Positions 37,881 through 51,600 of a stretch of 64,000 nucleotides of DNA are shown here, piece by piece. The stretch comes from Psilocybe cubensis (Eukaryota), in assembly GCA_017499595.2 (NCBI GenBank), contig CM039007.1, positions 62,001-126,000 on the forward strand. Direction: 5' to 3'. Both the position numbers and the translations under genes were made by a program. The notes under the pieces were generated by a model. It searched no databases and had not been told where the DNA came from. It saw only the letters and a list, made by a program, of their open reading frames with translations. The number at the start of each line of letters is the position of its first letter. Position 1 is the stretch's first letter.

Positions 37881-39139
37881 GATGCGTCAGCGTCCACCTT
37901 TTTTCTTCCGGCTTATACTACCGCGATATCGATGGCTGGGTGCGTGGGAATTTCACGCACGCCGTCCGCGATGGCTCGAGAGCGCTATAATAAGTCTCTT
38001 CGAGGCCAAAATTTAGTCGGATAGCGGTCTTTCGGTAGGATTGTGATCAAATTAGCACACAATGAATAAACTTGCAATCACATTCTCTTTGAGAGATATT
38101 TTATTTCATCAACATTGTTTAACTTGCTTCCAACAAGTCTCATTGGCATTCCTTCCTTCTAGAAAATAAATTAATCTAGCATCAAACATCCCCAACCTCA
38201 AAATAAAGCTCGCCAACTTTTGAATCTTCACGGGCGTTTGAGCACAGACACCTCGGCCTCCATTGTACCCTATTTATGAATCAGAATATACATGAACAAA
38301 AACCCTCTCCAATCGGAGACAGAGTCCGAAGTTGCGTGCCATTCACACTTACGCTCTGAATTTTCTCATTTTTTTCTTTACCATGTGTTGCTTTCTGTTT
38401 GCACAGGAACCCTTCAGAAACGAAGTTACAGAGCTCCCTATTTGTTAGCTGGCTGACCCTCTTACGCTTGAGAGCTCAGGCGACACCCGACATAGTCACA
38501 TCATGAAAGCTTGCTTCACTCCTTGGGAATCACTGACACAAGCAAGCAGCACTTTGAAGGGTCCTAATTTGACAAGCTTCTTCTTCGTAACTCATCGATA
38601 CCTCGATAATCGCATATCCCTTTCAAACTGAGTTTATTTCATGCCAACGTAAGTCGAGATCGCAAAATATGAGTACTCTAGAGCCGAATCCCCCATTTTA
38701 AGATGAAGTGTAAACATGACAATTGATTTTATTTACTTGTAAACATCCTGCTGCTAAAAATGTTATGGATGAGATGCTGTAAATCTATGTCCAGTAAGCA
38801 TAACACGCCTTCATGGTAGTAGGACTGACAAATCTAATACAAGATTCCCATAACGTCAAACACGCATACTGCTATAGCACATCGCCGCTAGTCCAAAACG
38901 CTATCAGACCTTTCAACTCTCTACAAAAGTTATCAATTAACCAACAAAAGAACACCCACCGTGTTTGATAAAATGAGGAGGCCCCGGGGTCTAAATGAGG
39001 CCTCTAAAATATATCAGGCGCCGCCGACGGATATCATTGACGTATTGTGGACACAATTATTCTGAATCGAAAGCACGAAGAAACCTAAGCAGGGTCTGGC
39101 ACAGCTCACCCATGATACCATGATTCAATTTCCAATGTA

Positions 39140-40441
39140 TTATATTTGCACAAATAATACCGGCTGAACATTTGCGGTACTGTGGGTGGTAATAGGCCCA
39201 CTGCTAGTACCCATAAGGTCGTCCGGTGGAGAATGGTCGGATTGTACTCCAGAGATGTGGGTTATAGTACCGGATGAGTCTACCATGTTGGCGTTGCTCA
39301 CAGCGAGTCTTAGAGCCATGACTGTGGGGGCAAGCCCCTGAGGTAGGCATGACCAGATCGAGTCAGTAATATCCAATAAGCGCAAGGTGTGCAAGTGCAA
39401 AGACGCCAACACGTACCGACAAGATAAATACGAATGGTTGGATGTAAGATAATGCTTCGTTAACGTTGGGCGGGATCCTGTATAGCACCGCAATAATTGT
39501 TGAAACACCGAATATTGCGAGGACGACAGAGTAGGCCGCGGACGACTCAACGATTGTAGATAGGATGTGGGCGTATCGCATGCGCATTGTTTTTCTCGCG
39601 TGGGACGTGGAGGCGTGTGAAGCGTTGTGGATCTTGTATCCAATTAGAATGGTTGTGGAAACAGTAGTGACCGTCGATGAGAGAAAGAGTGCAATGATGA
39701 CGCTGTTTGACAGGGTGGCAACTACAATATTAGAATACGTGACGTGAACCGCATGGATAACGGTGCTAATGACAGCGAATGCTGTATGGAGGTTAAATAA
39801 ACATTTTTGCAGGGCAACAAACCACCCACCGAACTCGGCGGTCAGTAACATAAATAGAACAAATGTAACCTTCAGTCGTCGTCCCCACACGTAATAACAC
39901 CTCCAAATCTGCAAAAATTTGAATGAGTTGTATTATTTTATGTGAGAGGGTTGCAAATTACTGACCAAGAGTGCGTCTGAAATTACGAATGACATACTCA
40001 GTACACAAGTTAAACCTGTATCGAACCACGACACCGGTTCCAATGTTGCATAAGACAGGGAGTCGCGCGTATCCCCTCTGGAAATGAACGTCCAGTTCAA
40101 CTTGTTCCATAGGAGTACCAGAGTAGATGATGAGAGGAAGTATAGTGCCGAGATCATGCCCAACACAATACACCGCGGCATGCCTGACGACTCACTTGAT
40201 GCTAACCAAATTTTTGATGACAGTCGGACGCCAATGATACCTCAAGACATACCATAGGCGTATACAACTCCACTGTAAACCATTGTATATACACCTGTAG
40301 GGTTTTTAGCGTAATTTGAGGTGTTTGAGCTGACATAATGTACACACCCATTAAAAATGTGTACAGCATTGTGCTGTTCAAGTCTCCCCTAATATAATGT
40401 TCCTCAACGATTGTGGGGATTGTGGAGGGAAATGTTGTCAT
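39140..40441 (-). CDS. 7TM receptor-like membrane protein, ~6 exons, apparently intact
   Basis: MTTFPSTIP...LNSTMLYTFLMG|VYTMV, ISDALL|IWRCYYVWGRR, TILIGYKI, STIVESSAAYS, GLAPTVMALRLAV...ITHISG. Confidence 0.8.
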
Positions 40442-41036
40442 CGTAGCTGCAACTAAGGCAGGAAGTAAACACGTGGGGGAATCTGTATGATGTTCGAAAG
40501 TTCATGGTATACCTTATTCCCTTTATTGCCTTTCCTCTCAGCGCTGTAACACTGAATTATTGTATGATATTTATATTCCAAATGTATACATCTGGTTTTT
40601 GACAAGAATCTTCCCTGATCATGATTTGATCCCCTACGACTGGGTGGTCCTTGATGATCTCAATATCGTATGTTTAAATTTGGAGCCACAGTGTTATTTT
40701 TCATCTGCTGTACATCATCCGAAATACTGCCGCCGCTTGGAGACGACTGAAGAATAGGAGTTGAATGTATCAATGCATTTATTAATATTTGTTATCATTT
40801 CAGCCACCAGGACTATTGGATGACCCATCCGTTGCTTCCGCCCCCGTGGCTTTGAAAAAGATTTTGGCCCTTTGAAACAGATCATCATGATGGGCGCTTC
40901 GACTTGTGCAACTTCCAGTGTCCAGTGTCATCACTGTGCATGTGGGAATATCCGGTAACGTGGGCACAGGAAATTTACCTTGCAGGGGAAGCGAGGGAAG
41001 TGCAAGGGAAGTGCAGTGTGGAAGTGCGGACAGTGC

Positions 41037-41110
41037 GACGTGCGCGAGTGGCTGAGGGACGTGCGCGATTGGCTGAGGGACGTGCGGAAGTGGCTGAGGG
41101 ACGTGCGTGT
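41037..41110. repeat. 21-bp tandem repeat (~3.5 copies)
   Basis: gacgtgcg(cgag/cgat/gaag)tggctgagg repeated. Confidence 0.8.
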
Positions 41111-42738
41111 GCATGCGCAACCGTGTTGAAGCAGGTTGGGGTGATGGAGCGTGGGATAAATTGACTTCAAACTTGTGTTGTCTTTCTTGGTCGCCACTAT
41201 TCCTCTACTATCAACAAGGCTTGTCCCACTAAAAAAGTCATATTGTAATAGATAGTAGTGTAAATAGTTGAATAGAAGTAAATTTAAAAGTTATTTAATG
41301 GATGATTGTGTATTAAGCTAAGAATTGAGGCCCGGGCTACTTTGCCATGGGTGAGCAACTATCCTTGTATGAATAAAATATTAAACCACATACCTCGAGT
41401 TCACTGTCATCCCCTTCTCAATCACCAAAGTTGAAGTAATCTGGAAGTCCACCGTATGGGTTCCACCCATCTTGATGTGGTCCAACATCGAGTCCCATCC
41501 TATCCTATCATCATTCTAGCTAAATATTATTTAACAAGACTGAATATATAGGCAAACAGTAAAAGATCAATTGAGGTAAAGTCAGACTAGTTTTTTTGGA
41601 GTTCTCTGTGTATTACCCGTCGATGCGCATGACATGCCGAGTGATTGCCGGGAGCGGGAGACCGAGCACAAACCGGGAAAACCGAATAAACGTCCACGAA
41701 GTCCAGGTTCATCCGGTATTCTGGTATAGGTAAATGCCTACTCTACCGTGGCGGTAAGTATGTACCTTGCCTTGAACTTTGAACTTTTCTGTGTTCGGTG
41801 AAACACAAGTTCAGAAACGCCGAATGCAACTTCGTTTATTTTTCGTTATGTGCGCAGTCTTGGCGCAGGCGCCGTATACCATACATACGGCACGGCATGG
41901 GTATGGGCATGGGTATGGGTATGCAACCGACGTTATGCAATGAAGGGGGTGTGCACTGTGCTAAGCGCCGCCGCCAACGCGCCTGTGATCATTCCTGTTG
42001 TCCCTCTAATATAACACTGCATCGTCAAATTTGCGCCGTGGGATTGTATGGTCATTGGTCGGACAGAGCCAGATGGGTCCTTGTCCTTGTAGTTTGACAT
42101 CGGGAATGCTGTAATGTTTAGCGTACTTTATGAATTACGGCAATGAATGTCGGGATGTGTACATGCTGTATTTCAAATGTTTGTTTTCTTCAGGATAAGA
42201 GCGGTGTGTGGTATTATGCTTAATATTAAATGGAATTTTCAATGTCCACCGACAATTGCTTTACCGGTTTGCTCAACCTTAAGCCCTTGACAATGTACCA
42301 AAATCAATGTAAGATATATGCTTTCAGGTATCATTAAACTGGACTCAAGAACATCATGAAGAATTATAACTCGAAATATGTTACATACGTGTACACCGCA
42401 CGATAGTGCGACCCAAACAGACTGTGTTACCTAAGTGTATTGTCAGGTGGTTGGCAAAAGGCGTCTTGAAGATTTACAGAGACTTTTTTGTGCGTAGGCT
42501 TGTATGCAGGGTGATATCCCTGTGGTAGAAGTTATGCCAACTTGAAACTGATGCTATCCACAATAATTACGAAGCTTAAGTACGCCACAGAAAGCGGCTG
42601 CAAAAGTCACCATCTACACAAGTCCAACGGTGGAAGAAGTACCTGGTATTTGAAATATTAATTTGTCAGTACAAACTCCAACGGTATATAAAGGCCATCT
42701 TCCAACGAACGAGTCCCAGCAAACAATCTAGCTCGAGG

Positions 42739-43158
42739 ATGTATACCCACCGCGCATTCTTGCTCTCTTTCACTGTTTTACTGAGCACCGCGCTCATGGC
42801 GACGGCTCAGGCCGCATCAGCTCAAACCCGCCTCGACACGTTGTGTAAGACCGCAGAGGTTGTGTGTAGCAATGTCGGAAGCACCCATCTGGCGGCAGAC
42901 TCTTCATTCAAGAAACAGGCCGCTGACTCAAAGTGAGTCTTGTTATTCCCTGCAATGTTGATCAAATACGATCTAACACGGCGTGTGCAATGAAGGGGCG
43001 CCACAAGAAAGACAGTGCCGATTCAAACGTTTTTGTGCCCTGAAGGGTACGATCAGTGTCTTGCGGAGTGTAGGGGGCTCGAGGACGGTGGCTTGGACAG
43101 TGGTGGAACCGGCGCATATTTAGGATGCGCTGCTTCCTGTTTGCGATGCTTGATTTAA
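42739..43158 (+). CDS. Secreted Cys-rich 'CPEGY' peptide precursor, paralog 4
   Basis: TATATAAA at 42685; intron 42933-42995; exon 2 KGATRKTVPIQTFLCPEGYDQCLAECRGLEDGGLDSGGTGAYLGCAASCLRCLI*. Confidence 0.9.
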
Positions 43159-43564
43159 GGTATTGAATGGGGATCTATGGGCTCATGAAGAAGGATAGAT
43201 AATTCAAGGAAAACTTGCGGAAAGACGGCTACGCAGAGAATGGTTGATGTAGTGACTCGTAAGACGTGGTATCAAGAATAGTATTGTGCATATTTTGATT
43301 CATACCTTTTTATGAACTATAACACTGGGAGTTGATAATCACCGTTTGAAAGTGAATCCTATCTATGTGGGCGCAAAAGGTTGTATAATACTAGCTGGAA
43401 TAATAACCTTGGACTTGATCCATGCGTTGCCTGGTTGTCCGATATTAAGTCGTAGAATCCAACGAATGACGCGCGCTAGGAATCGAATCTGGCTCAAAAA
43501 CAGGTATGAGGAAAAGATTTTTTTTGTATGAAGTCAATAATAAGACGTGGCCCGTCGAACCGAG

Positions 43565-45442
43565 TTAGGATGGCTCAATATTCGCGCTACCGTGGGTGGT
43601 GCTGGGACTACTGCTATCTCCCATAGTACCGTCCGGAGGAGAATAGTAGGATTGTAACCCAGAGATGTGGGTTATTATACCGGATGAATCTGGGAGGTCG
43701 GTGCTATTCAAGTTAAGGGCTAGTCTCAGCACCATTACTGTAGGTGCGATGATGAGCCGTGTCGCGCTACAAGCGCGGGCGCACAAATGCGCGTTCCCAC
43801 GACCTGCCGCGCGCGGCATCGACCGGTATTTGCCTTTACCCACGACTCTCGACATCCCCAATATGCCCCCCCTCGCCAACCAGACCGTCCCCCTATCAAC
43901 TTTTATTCTTTTAGACATCCTCAACTTCACCCCCTATTGCGCGCGACGCACCCCGATCAAGCCTCATGGTGTAGCCAACAGTTTTCACACGTTTCGCTTT
44001 GTTCCCACGCCTAGGCCGTCGCGATCGACTTAGAGAAAAATGCGAATTTGGGTGCTTCCTCTCGCCTCATTCCTCAGAAATGACTCCTATTTCAAATCTT
44101 CTCGTATATTCGACGCCTTTCTATTCCTCTTATGTACTAGTAGCTGTAGGACAAGTTTGGTACACAGATACTAGGCAAGTAGAGTAGCTTTTGGTCCCTT
44201 TTAGAATACCATTCCTCTCCAAGTAGCTCAATTTTGCGAAAATCACATCGATTTTACTGCGTTCCTCTGCGTCGTTTCGAATTGCGTTTTAGTCCACAGT
44301 ATACTGTGGTTAAGCAGGGCTTTGTGAAGCAACCCGCATATATCAACGCATCTTGCACGAGTGTTTGGGTGTTCTAGGCACTGCCCAGCTCGTCTCTTTG
44401 TCTTTCCACACCCATCACACTCGTCAGCGTATCAGCGAATCCCTGGGTTTGGTATGACGAACGATACGAACGATAAATTTAGTGCAGGACCAGAGATTTA
44501 TGGTGTATACAAGTATGAAAAAGTGAACACTTACTGGGGAGACAGCGCTCAACACTTGAATATAGTTCGACACTTGGCCATCAACTGATATGTCAGAATG
44601 CAACGGCAGGACTATCAACGTCACGGCATATAGCACGACGACGAGCGAGTACACAGCGGATGACTCGGCTACTGTGGAGATAATGCGTGCGTAGCGTCTA
44701 TGCTGTGATTTTCGGGCGTTCAACGAGGATGGTGATGAGGCTTTGTAGATTTTGTATCCGATGAGAATGGTTGTGGTGATGGTAGTGCCTATCGATATCA
44801 ACGTCAGTGAGAACACGATGTTGTTTGATAGCTCGACGTTTCTATCGTTTAACCCATATACAACCGTGTCAGTGATAAAGAGAGCTATTAGAGCCTTGTT
44901 CACTATCTCAAACCATGTTTTGCATTCAGGTAGCACACATACCAAGTTCGGTGGCTAACAGAAAACACAGAGCGCCTGTAACTCTTATGTGTCGTCCCTA
45001 TACGTAGTGACATCGCCAAATCTATACATTTGGTTCATAAGGCATGCTTTTATGTTGTAGATGACTGACCAGCAGTGCGTCTGAGATTATGAAGGACATA
45101 TTCTGTAGACAAGAAAATATTTCGTTGTACCATGTCACGGGGGCTACCATCGAGGAAAACTCGGAGATACGGCTACTGCCTTTCTTAATGAGTGACTTGT
45201 CAAGGAAGCACCATTGGAATAGTTGGGTGGCAAATGCTACAATGTATAGCACCGAAATGGCGGTCAATACGACCGTGACACCATAAACCACGGTATACGC
45301 CCCTATAGAGCATTCGTATCATTGACGTTTTGAAATTGAAAACTGAAAAAATACCCATGAGGAAATTGTACAGCATAGCTTGGTTTAAGCCTCCGCTAAT
45401 GAGAGCAATCTCATAGCCTGGGGCGTTCAGTGTGTCCGACAT
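43565..45442 (-). pseudogene. 7TM family pseudogene
   Basis: Same motifs as 39140..40441, but IWRCHYV*GR has TAG at 44998-45000 in place of TGG. The last exon (IAPTVMVLRLAL, 43565-43752) is separated by ~0.7 kb of unrelated sequence and has no evident acceptor. Confidence 0.75.
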
Positions 45443-46018
45443 AGTCTAGCAAAGTGTAATGGGAAAGGAATCCGACCTGTCCTGTCGCCCTTTTAAACCA
45501 TTACTTCCGAGACAGTAATGAAATGGTATATTTTAAGCCCAAAGATGTCGTTAACGTTTGAACTTCAAAGCATCACTGGAGACAATATCAAAATATCAAT
45601 TTTTATCAGAATTCAAGTACAGGATACATCTGTACTGACGTCACTGGGACGGTGAAACCCTTGGTATTCAATGAGATGGGTTATTCAAAGACGCAGTCCA
45701 ATCACCCGAATTACCGCCTTCCACAGTCAGAGATGTGAAATCGAATCATTCGAGTCCTACATATAGCCCTACTCATCAACCACTCGCTAAATCTACCTGT
45801 TGATGGTTATCTTCCTTCGAAATTCGAAATACTCAATTACACCATCAAAAAAACCGTGTATATGTACTTTAAAACCTGAGAACAAAACCACAGAAAAATA
45901 AATCGGACACTACTGGTACTAGTACTAAAAGCTACAAATGCACAATGCCCCCGTAAAATTCTACCCGCTTTACATGTATCCCAAACCAAATATCGTAAAA
46001 AATCATCACACCCCCAAC

Positions 46019-48618
46019 TCAAAGCTTACTCCCGCCTCCCCTGCCCATCCCCACCCCACCACCCACACCAACCCCTACACCACCACTCCCACTCCCCAAC
46101 CTCGTAATAGGCTGCAACTTCCTCTTCACCTCCCTCAACACGCCCGTCCTCGGCGCCCACTCCCCAAACGCCCTCTTAAGCCTCTCAAACTCCTCTCTAA
46201 ACAACCACGCGATGCGCTCGTCCGCAATCACATCCCGCAGCGCCCACGGGATCTCGTAGTCGTTCTGCTCTTGCGCGGCGTTGAACGGGTCGACTGTTAA
46301 TGGTGGGTGGGTGTATGTGTAGGGCGGTAAATCGGGGTCGTGTTCGGGGTCAGAGGGAGAGGAAGCGCGCGTCAAAACCTCCTGCACGCTCCGCCCGTCA
46401 TCAGCCAAAAAGAGGTAATCGACCGCGAGCCGATAACAAGCTTCCTCCTCATACGCCGTCGAATGTCCGATCCCGCTCAGACTCCCCGCCGTCGCCTCCG
46501 AGAGGTGCGCGAGCAGGCCCGAGTCCGGTAATCCCGCGTTGCGGATGCGTAGGAGGAGGATGAGGAGTGCGCAGAGGAAGTCTGATGAGCTGTGTGCGTG
46601 TGTGTGTGTTAGAAAAAAAAAAGGTTTTCGTGGGAGAGGAGGATCTGAAAAAACATACTGATACGCATCCCCATCGATATACAACGCACGCAAAATAAGC
46701 GGATGGTTCGCAGCAGTAAACAACCCCGAATAAATCGGCACAACTTGATCGTTCAACGACGCGATATACACCACTTTCGTCTATGCACCCACAAAGCACG
46801 TTAATAGCAGCACACAAACACACACACAGTGCGTGTGTGCGAGAAAAGGAGGACGTACACCATGATCCAAAACCCTCGTCAGCGCACCCACATACGCCTT
46901 CGACACCGCACTCTCCGTGTTCTATGTATTCATCACAATTCATCATCATCGTCAGCTCCTCCACTAAAAGAAAAGAAAACAAAACACACAAACGCACCTG
47001 GAACTCAAACAGCTCTCTAGCAGCCATCGACTCAAAATACTGCAAATACGGTCCCACGAGCGTGCTCGAGCTCAAGTACCTCAACGGGCCTAGATGAATC
47101 CCACACATCGCAAGAAGACATACACGCTGTGCTGTTCTTCCTTTACGTGGCGGGGGTGGAACACCAATAGCAGATGCACCGGGGTCTACAACGCCCAACG
47201 CGCTGTGCACCACTCCATCTCCTTGCTCTTCCTCTCCATGCCCATGTCCACTCGCATGGACCCCAGAAACCAAAACCCCATCCGCAAACAACCGATCGAC
47301 CAAATGCGCAGCAACCACGCTCCCCTGCGAATGCGCGACCACAAACACCACATCCGCATTTCGCACAGCGGACATGTGTGCCTCGTTCTCCGTGAGAGAT
47401 TTATACAACCTGATTTTTTTCAAAATTCAAGTTTTTTTTTATCAGTAAGTATATATATAGACAGAGACAGAGAGAGACAGAGAGAGAGACAGAGAAACAG
47501 AGAAACAGAGAAACAAAAAACATACCGCTCAACCCGCCTCTCAACAACCCCCTCACCTTCAAGCGGCACCTGCACAACCTCAGCAAACTGCACTCCATGC
47601 GCGCGCTCGAACGCGCGCAGAGCTTGTACTGTCATCGAGGTGAATTTTTGCGAGGTGCCTGTGGGCTGTTTTTGTTTTTGTGGGTGTTGGTTGGTGTTGG
47701 TGTTGGTGTTGGTTGGTGGTGTTGGTTGGTGGTGTTGGTGGTTGAATTTTGTTAGAGTTGTGCGTATTGTTGGAGTTGTGCGTGTTGTGCGTGTTGTGCG
47801 TTGCGTATTGTGCGTATTGTGCGTGTTGTTGGAGTTGTCGGAGTTGTTGGGTTTTTTTAGGTGGTTGGGTTTTTTGGTGGTTGAGTTTTTGGTGGTTGAG
47901 TTTTTGGTGGTTGGATTTTTGGTCGTTGAGTTTTTTGGTGGTATGCGGTTCGGATGATGGCGAATATGTGCATCGTGTAAAATGCGAGTACGAGTATGTG
48001 CGAATGCGCGAATGTGCGAATGTGCGAATGCGCGAATGTGCGAATGTGCGTAAGCGCGTTATGCGCAATTAGCGCGTTATGTGTATGTTCCGACATGTTC
48101 GCGACGTGCGAGGTAGGCGTGAACAGGGAACAACGGGTGCATGATCACGAGGGCGTGTGCGTGCGCGTATGCGCACGGTTGCGAGAGGAATGCGCGTATA
48201 TACGCAGATGCGATGCGAGAGACGCGACCGTGAATGCGAGAGACGCGACCGTGAATGCGAGAGACGCGACCGTGAATGCGAGTACGTGCGATGCGACCGT
48301 GAATGCGAATGCGATTGGCGAGCGCGACGTGTCATATGCGAATGCGTATGCGCATGTTTGGAAGTTTGTATGTTCGTAGCACGTTCGCACGTTCGCACGT
48401 TCGCGTGTTTGAGATGTCCGATGATGGTGATATTCGCGAGTACGGCGATGTTCACGAGTACGGCGATGTTCACGAGTACGTGCAAGCATGAACGCGAGCA
48501 TGAACGCAAACGCGAACGCGAATGCGCGTAAATAGGCGATAGGCGATAGGCGATATAGATCCAGCATGAGGGGAAACAAGCAAAAAAAAAAATCAAACAA
48601 TCAGCAAACCACCACCAC

Positions 48619-48653
<35 letters not shown>

Positions 48654-51600
48654 CAAAAAACCACAAACCACAAACCACAAACCACAAACCACAAAACAAA
48701 AAAAAAAAAAAAAAAAAAAAAAATCAACCACCCACCTCACCCAACACACTCCTAATCATCGCACCGGGGAACCACCCATGCACACCAATCACAACCACGC
48801 GTTTGCCGTTCGCGCCGCTTAACACATCTCTCACTTGTGCGTTCTCCTCGATTCTTTCGGCTGCTTCACTGGGACTGGGATTCGGATCGACCGCCTGTTC
48901 AAAGTCGAAACACCTATCCCGCACCTCGGCCTCGGTAGTAGAAGGTGACGAAGGCGACGAGGGTGAGGAAGGCGACGATTCAAATGCAGGCCGTGTATCG
49001 TTCACACTGTCCACCGCTCTTCCCTCCCTCCTTCCCTCCCTCGAGCTCGAGCGACTACCAGAAAGCAAGGGTAGTGAAAGACCAAGGAACGACGAAGCAG
49101 AGTGCGCGCTTGGTCCAGAGCGCATTTTCACCCCTCCCGCACCTCCCGCTCCTTCGTTTCCTCCTCCTCCTCCTCCTCCTCCTCCTCCTCCACCTCCATC
49201 CCCCAATAAAGGAGAGGAAGACCCAGAAGACCCAGAAGAAGACGGAACAACCAAATCCCCCCACCCACCCCTCTCAAACACGCTCCACGCCTTCGGCAGC
49301 GTCATCCCAAGCGCGCGCATCCGTGCGCGGCGGTATTTGTCTAGTGGCGATTCTTTCTGCTTGTGCTTCAGATTCTCTTTGCGATTGAGATTGTGCGTGT
49401 CGTATGGGCGTTGATGGAACGCGTCCGTATCATCCAAGTCCAAGTCCTCTTCCTCTTCCTCTTCTTCTTCAACATCAGCCGACGATCGAGATCGGGAAGA
49501 CGACGCAGACTCCGAACGCGCGCGCCCCTTCCCCTTCCCCTTCCCCTTCCCCTTGGCTTTCTTATGCACACTCGCGCTCGCACCGCCGCCTAAAGGTGAA
49601 GGCATAACAACCCTCCCACTCCCTGTCCCTCTCCCACCTGCTACACCGCTCCGTACCGATCCTGCTCCAGAGGACGAACCAGACGTCGACCCAGACGCCG
49701 ACCCAGCAGCAGCAGCACCAGCAAACAACACCCCCGAGACAAACCTCACAGTGCGTCCAATCAGCCCCTCTCCCTCTCCTCCCTCTCCCTCTCCTTCTCC
49801 TTCCCCATTCCCCCCTACTCCCCTCCTACTAACAGACGACGCCGACGCCGAGCGTTGAGACAATCGAGGCCGAGGCGGCAACACACTCCGAGGCGGCGCA
49901 TGGAATGTATCGTGCCAAGTTGGCAGAACGAGGTTGGGCGGTGGAGGGGGTTTTGGGACTCCTGTGCCTGTGCCTGTGCTTGTGCTGGTGCTGGTGCTAG
50001 TTGTAGGCGTTGGTGTAGACGTCGATGCAGAACCTGATGCAGAAGCGGTGGATTTCGTAGATTTAGTAGATTTGGTAGAAGGCGCAGGCGACGCCGCTCT
50101 TTTCGTCGCGTCTCCCAAACCCGGAGGTTTCGAGTTCGAGTTGGACATCGCGCTGGGAGTTATCTTACCCCCGTTCGTCGCGCTATTCGTCGTGGAATTC
50201 GCAGTCGCAGTAGTCGCAGTAGTCGCAGTAGTAGTCGCAGTAGTAGTGGAAGTGGAAGTGGAAATGGAAGCGGTCGTCACTCCGACCCGTGAACGTGATT
50301 TCTCCGCGGAACTTGCCGGCGTACTCGCTCCCGACCCCGACCCAGCGCGCGCAGGCGTCGACGCGCCTGAGCCTGAACCAGATTTGGCCATCTGCCTCTG
50401 CACTTTCGCAGACTCGCGCTTGAGATCTTCCGAGACGACGAGCAGCGGCACAGCCCGTTCTTTATCTTTACCGGCATCAGACGCAGCCACGCTCCCCGTC
50501 GCGTCCTTACTCCACCCACGCTCCCCCTCCCCTTCCCCCTCCTCCTCATCAAACTCAAGCTGCATAACCTCCACCCCATTCTCATCTCTCTCAACTCCCT
50601 CCACTGCCCTTCTCGACCCCGACCCCATGCGCGGCGCCCCGGTATACGCCGCAAGCGTCCTCACAAGGAACTGCGAGCTCGCCGTCGTACTGCTCGAGCT
50701 AAAATTCAAAATCGACGCCGCCCACCCACTAGCGCTAGGAGTCGGACTCGTACTTGTGCTTCGAGGTATATCCGCGGCCTGAGTGTGAGGTAGCGGTGTA
50801 TACACCACAACATCCTCCTCAACCCGCGGAGCTTCTCCCTCCTCCTCCTCCTCCTCCTCCTCGTGCGCCACCGCCGCATCCCCCTTCTCCTGAGATACTT
50901 CCAAAGCACCATCCGTACCCGCACTACCTTCACCCCCTTCCTTCACATCCGCATCCGTATTCGCATTCGAATTGGAGTTAGAACCAGCGGCACCACCACT
51001 CAAACTCTTCAAAGACGCCGACGAATAATACCACGCCCACGGCGCAAGCCACGCAGACGTAATATTCCCCTCGGACGTATCAGGCCCAGGGCTCGCAGCG
51101 TCTTCTCTTGTCGCCGGTTCTTCTCTCTTCGTCGCCGTTTCTCTTTCTGTGTTCTCATCCTGCGGCGTCCGCGTTTCATCTTCATCTTCCTTTACCGCGG
51201 CAACCTCCTCCACCTCAGTCACGCGCGCTTCTTCATCCACCCGCACATCCGGCGCTTCATCCTGCGCGCCTTCTCCCCCCGGCGGCTCTTCCTCTTCCTT
51301 GCCTCCCTCCTCCTTCTCCTCCTTCTTCTTCGCATCACCAACAGCCACACCCGCACCAGCACCAGCACCGACACCGACACCAGCCTTCCACCCAACATAC
51401 TCCCACCACGTCCCTTTCGCCGTTCCCTTTCCTTTTCCCTTCCCAGTTCCATCCCCATCCCCATCTACTTTCACCTTCATCTTCTCCACCTCCAATCCCG
51501 AACCCGAGACCACCTGCGCGCTCAGCCCAGACTCCTCCACTCTCCCAGTATCACTATCAGGAGCAGCAGGAGCAGGAGCAGGAGCAGGAGCAGCGGTATC

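Larger units (their letters stand above)
36709..43474 (+). repeat. Counterpart of the inverted duplicate (36709-38410 and ~42146-43474 recur at 55995-59257)
   Basis: Long high-identity reverse-complement matches; near-identical ORFs appear on opposite strands in the ORF track (e.g. 37447/58296, 37783/57948, 42739/56541). Confidence 0.93.

Noticed and set aside
40800..41520. Possible minus-strand gene with 7-aa repeats
   Set aside because: Fragmentary with in-frame stops and no assignable family; only the tandem repeat is reported.
48590..48725. (AAACCAC)n and poly-A as a telomere or retrocopy tail
   Set aside because: Not TTAGGG-type, and it lies at the 5' end of an intron of the minus-strand gene; homopolymer lengths may also be sequencing-imprecise.
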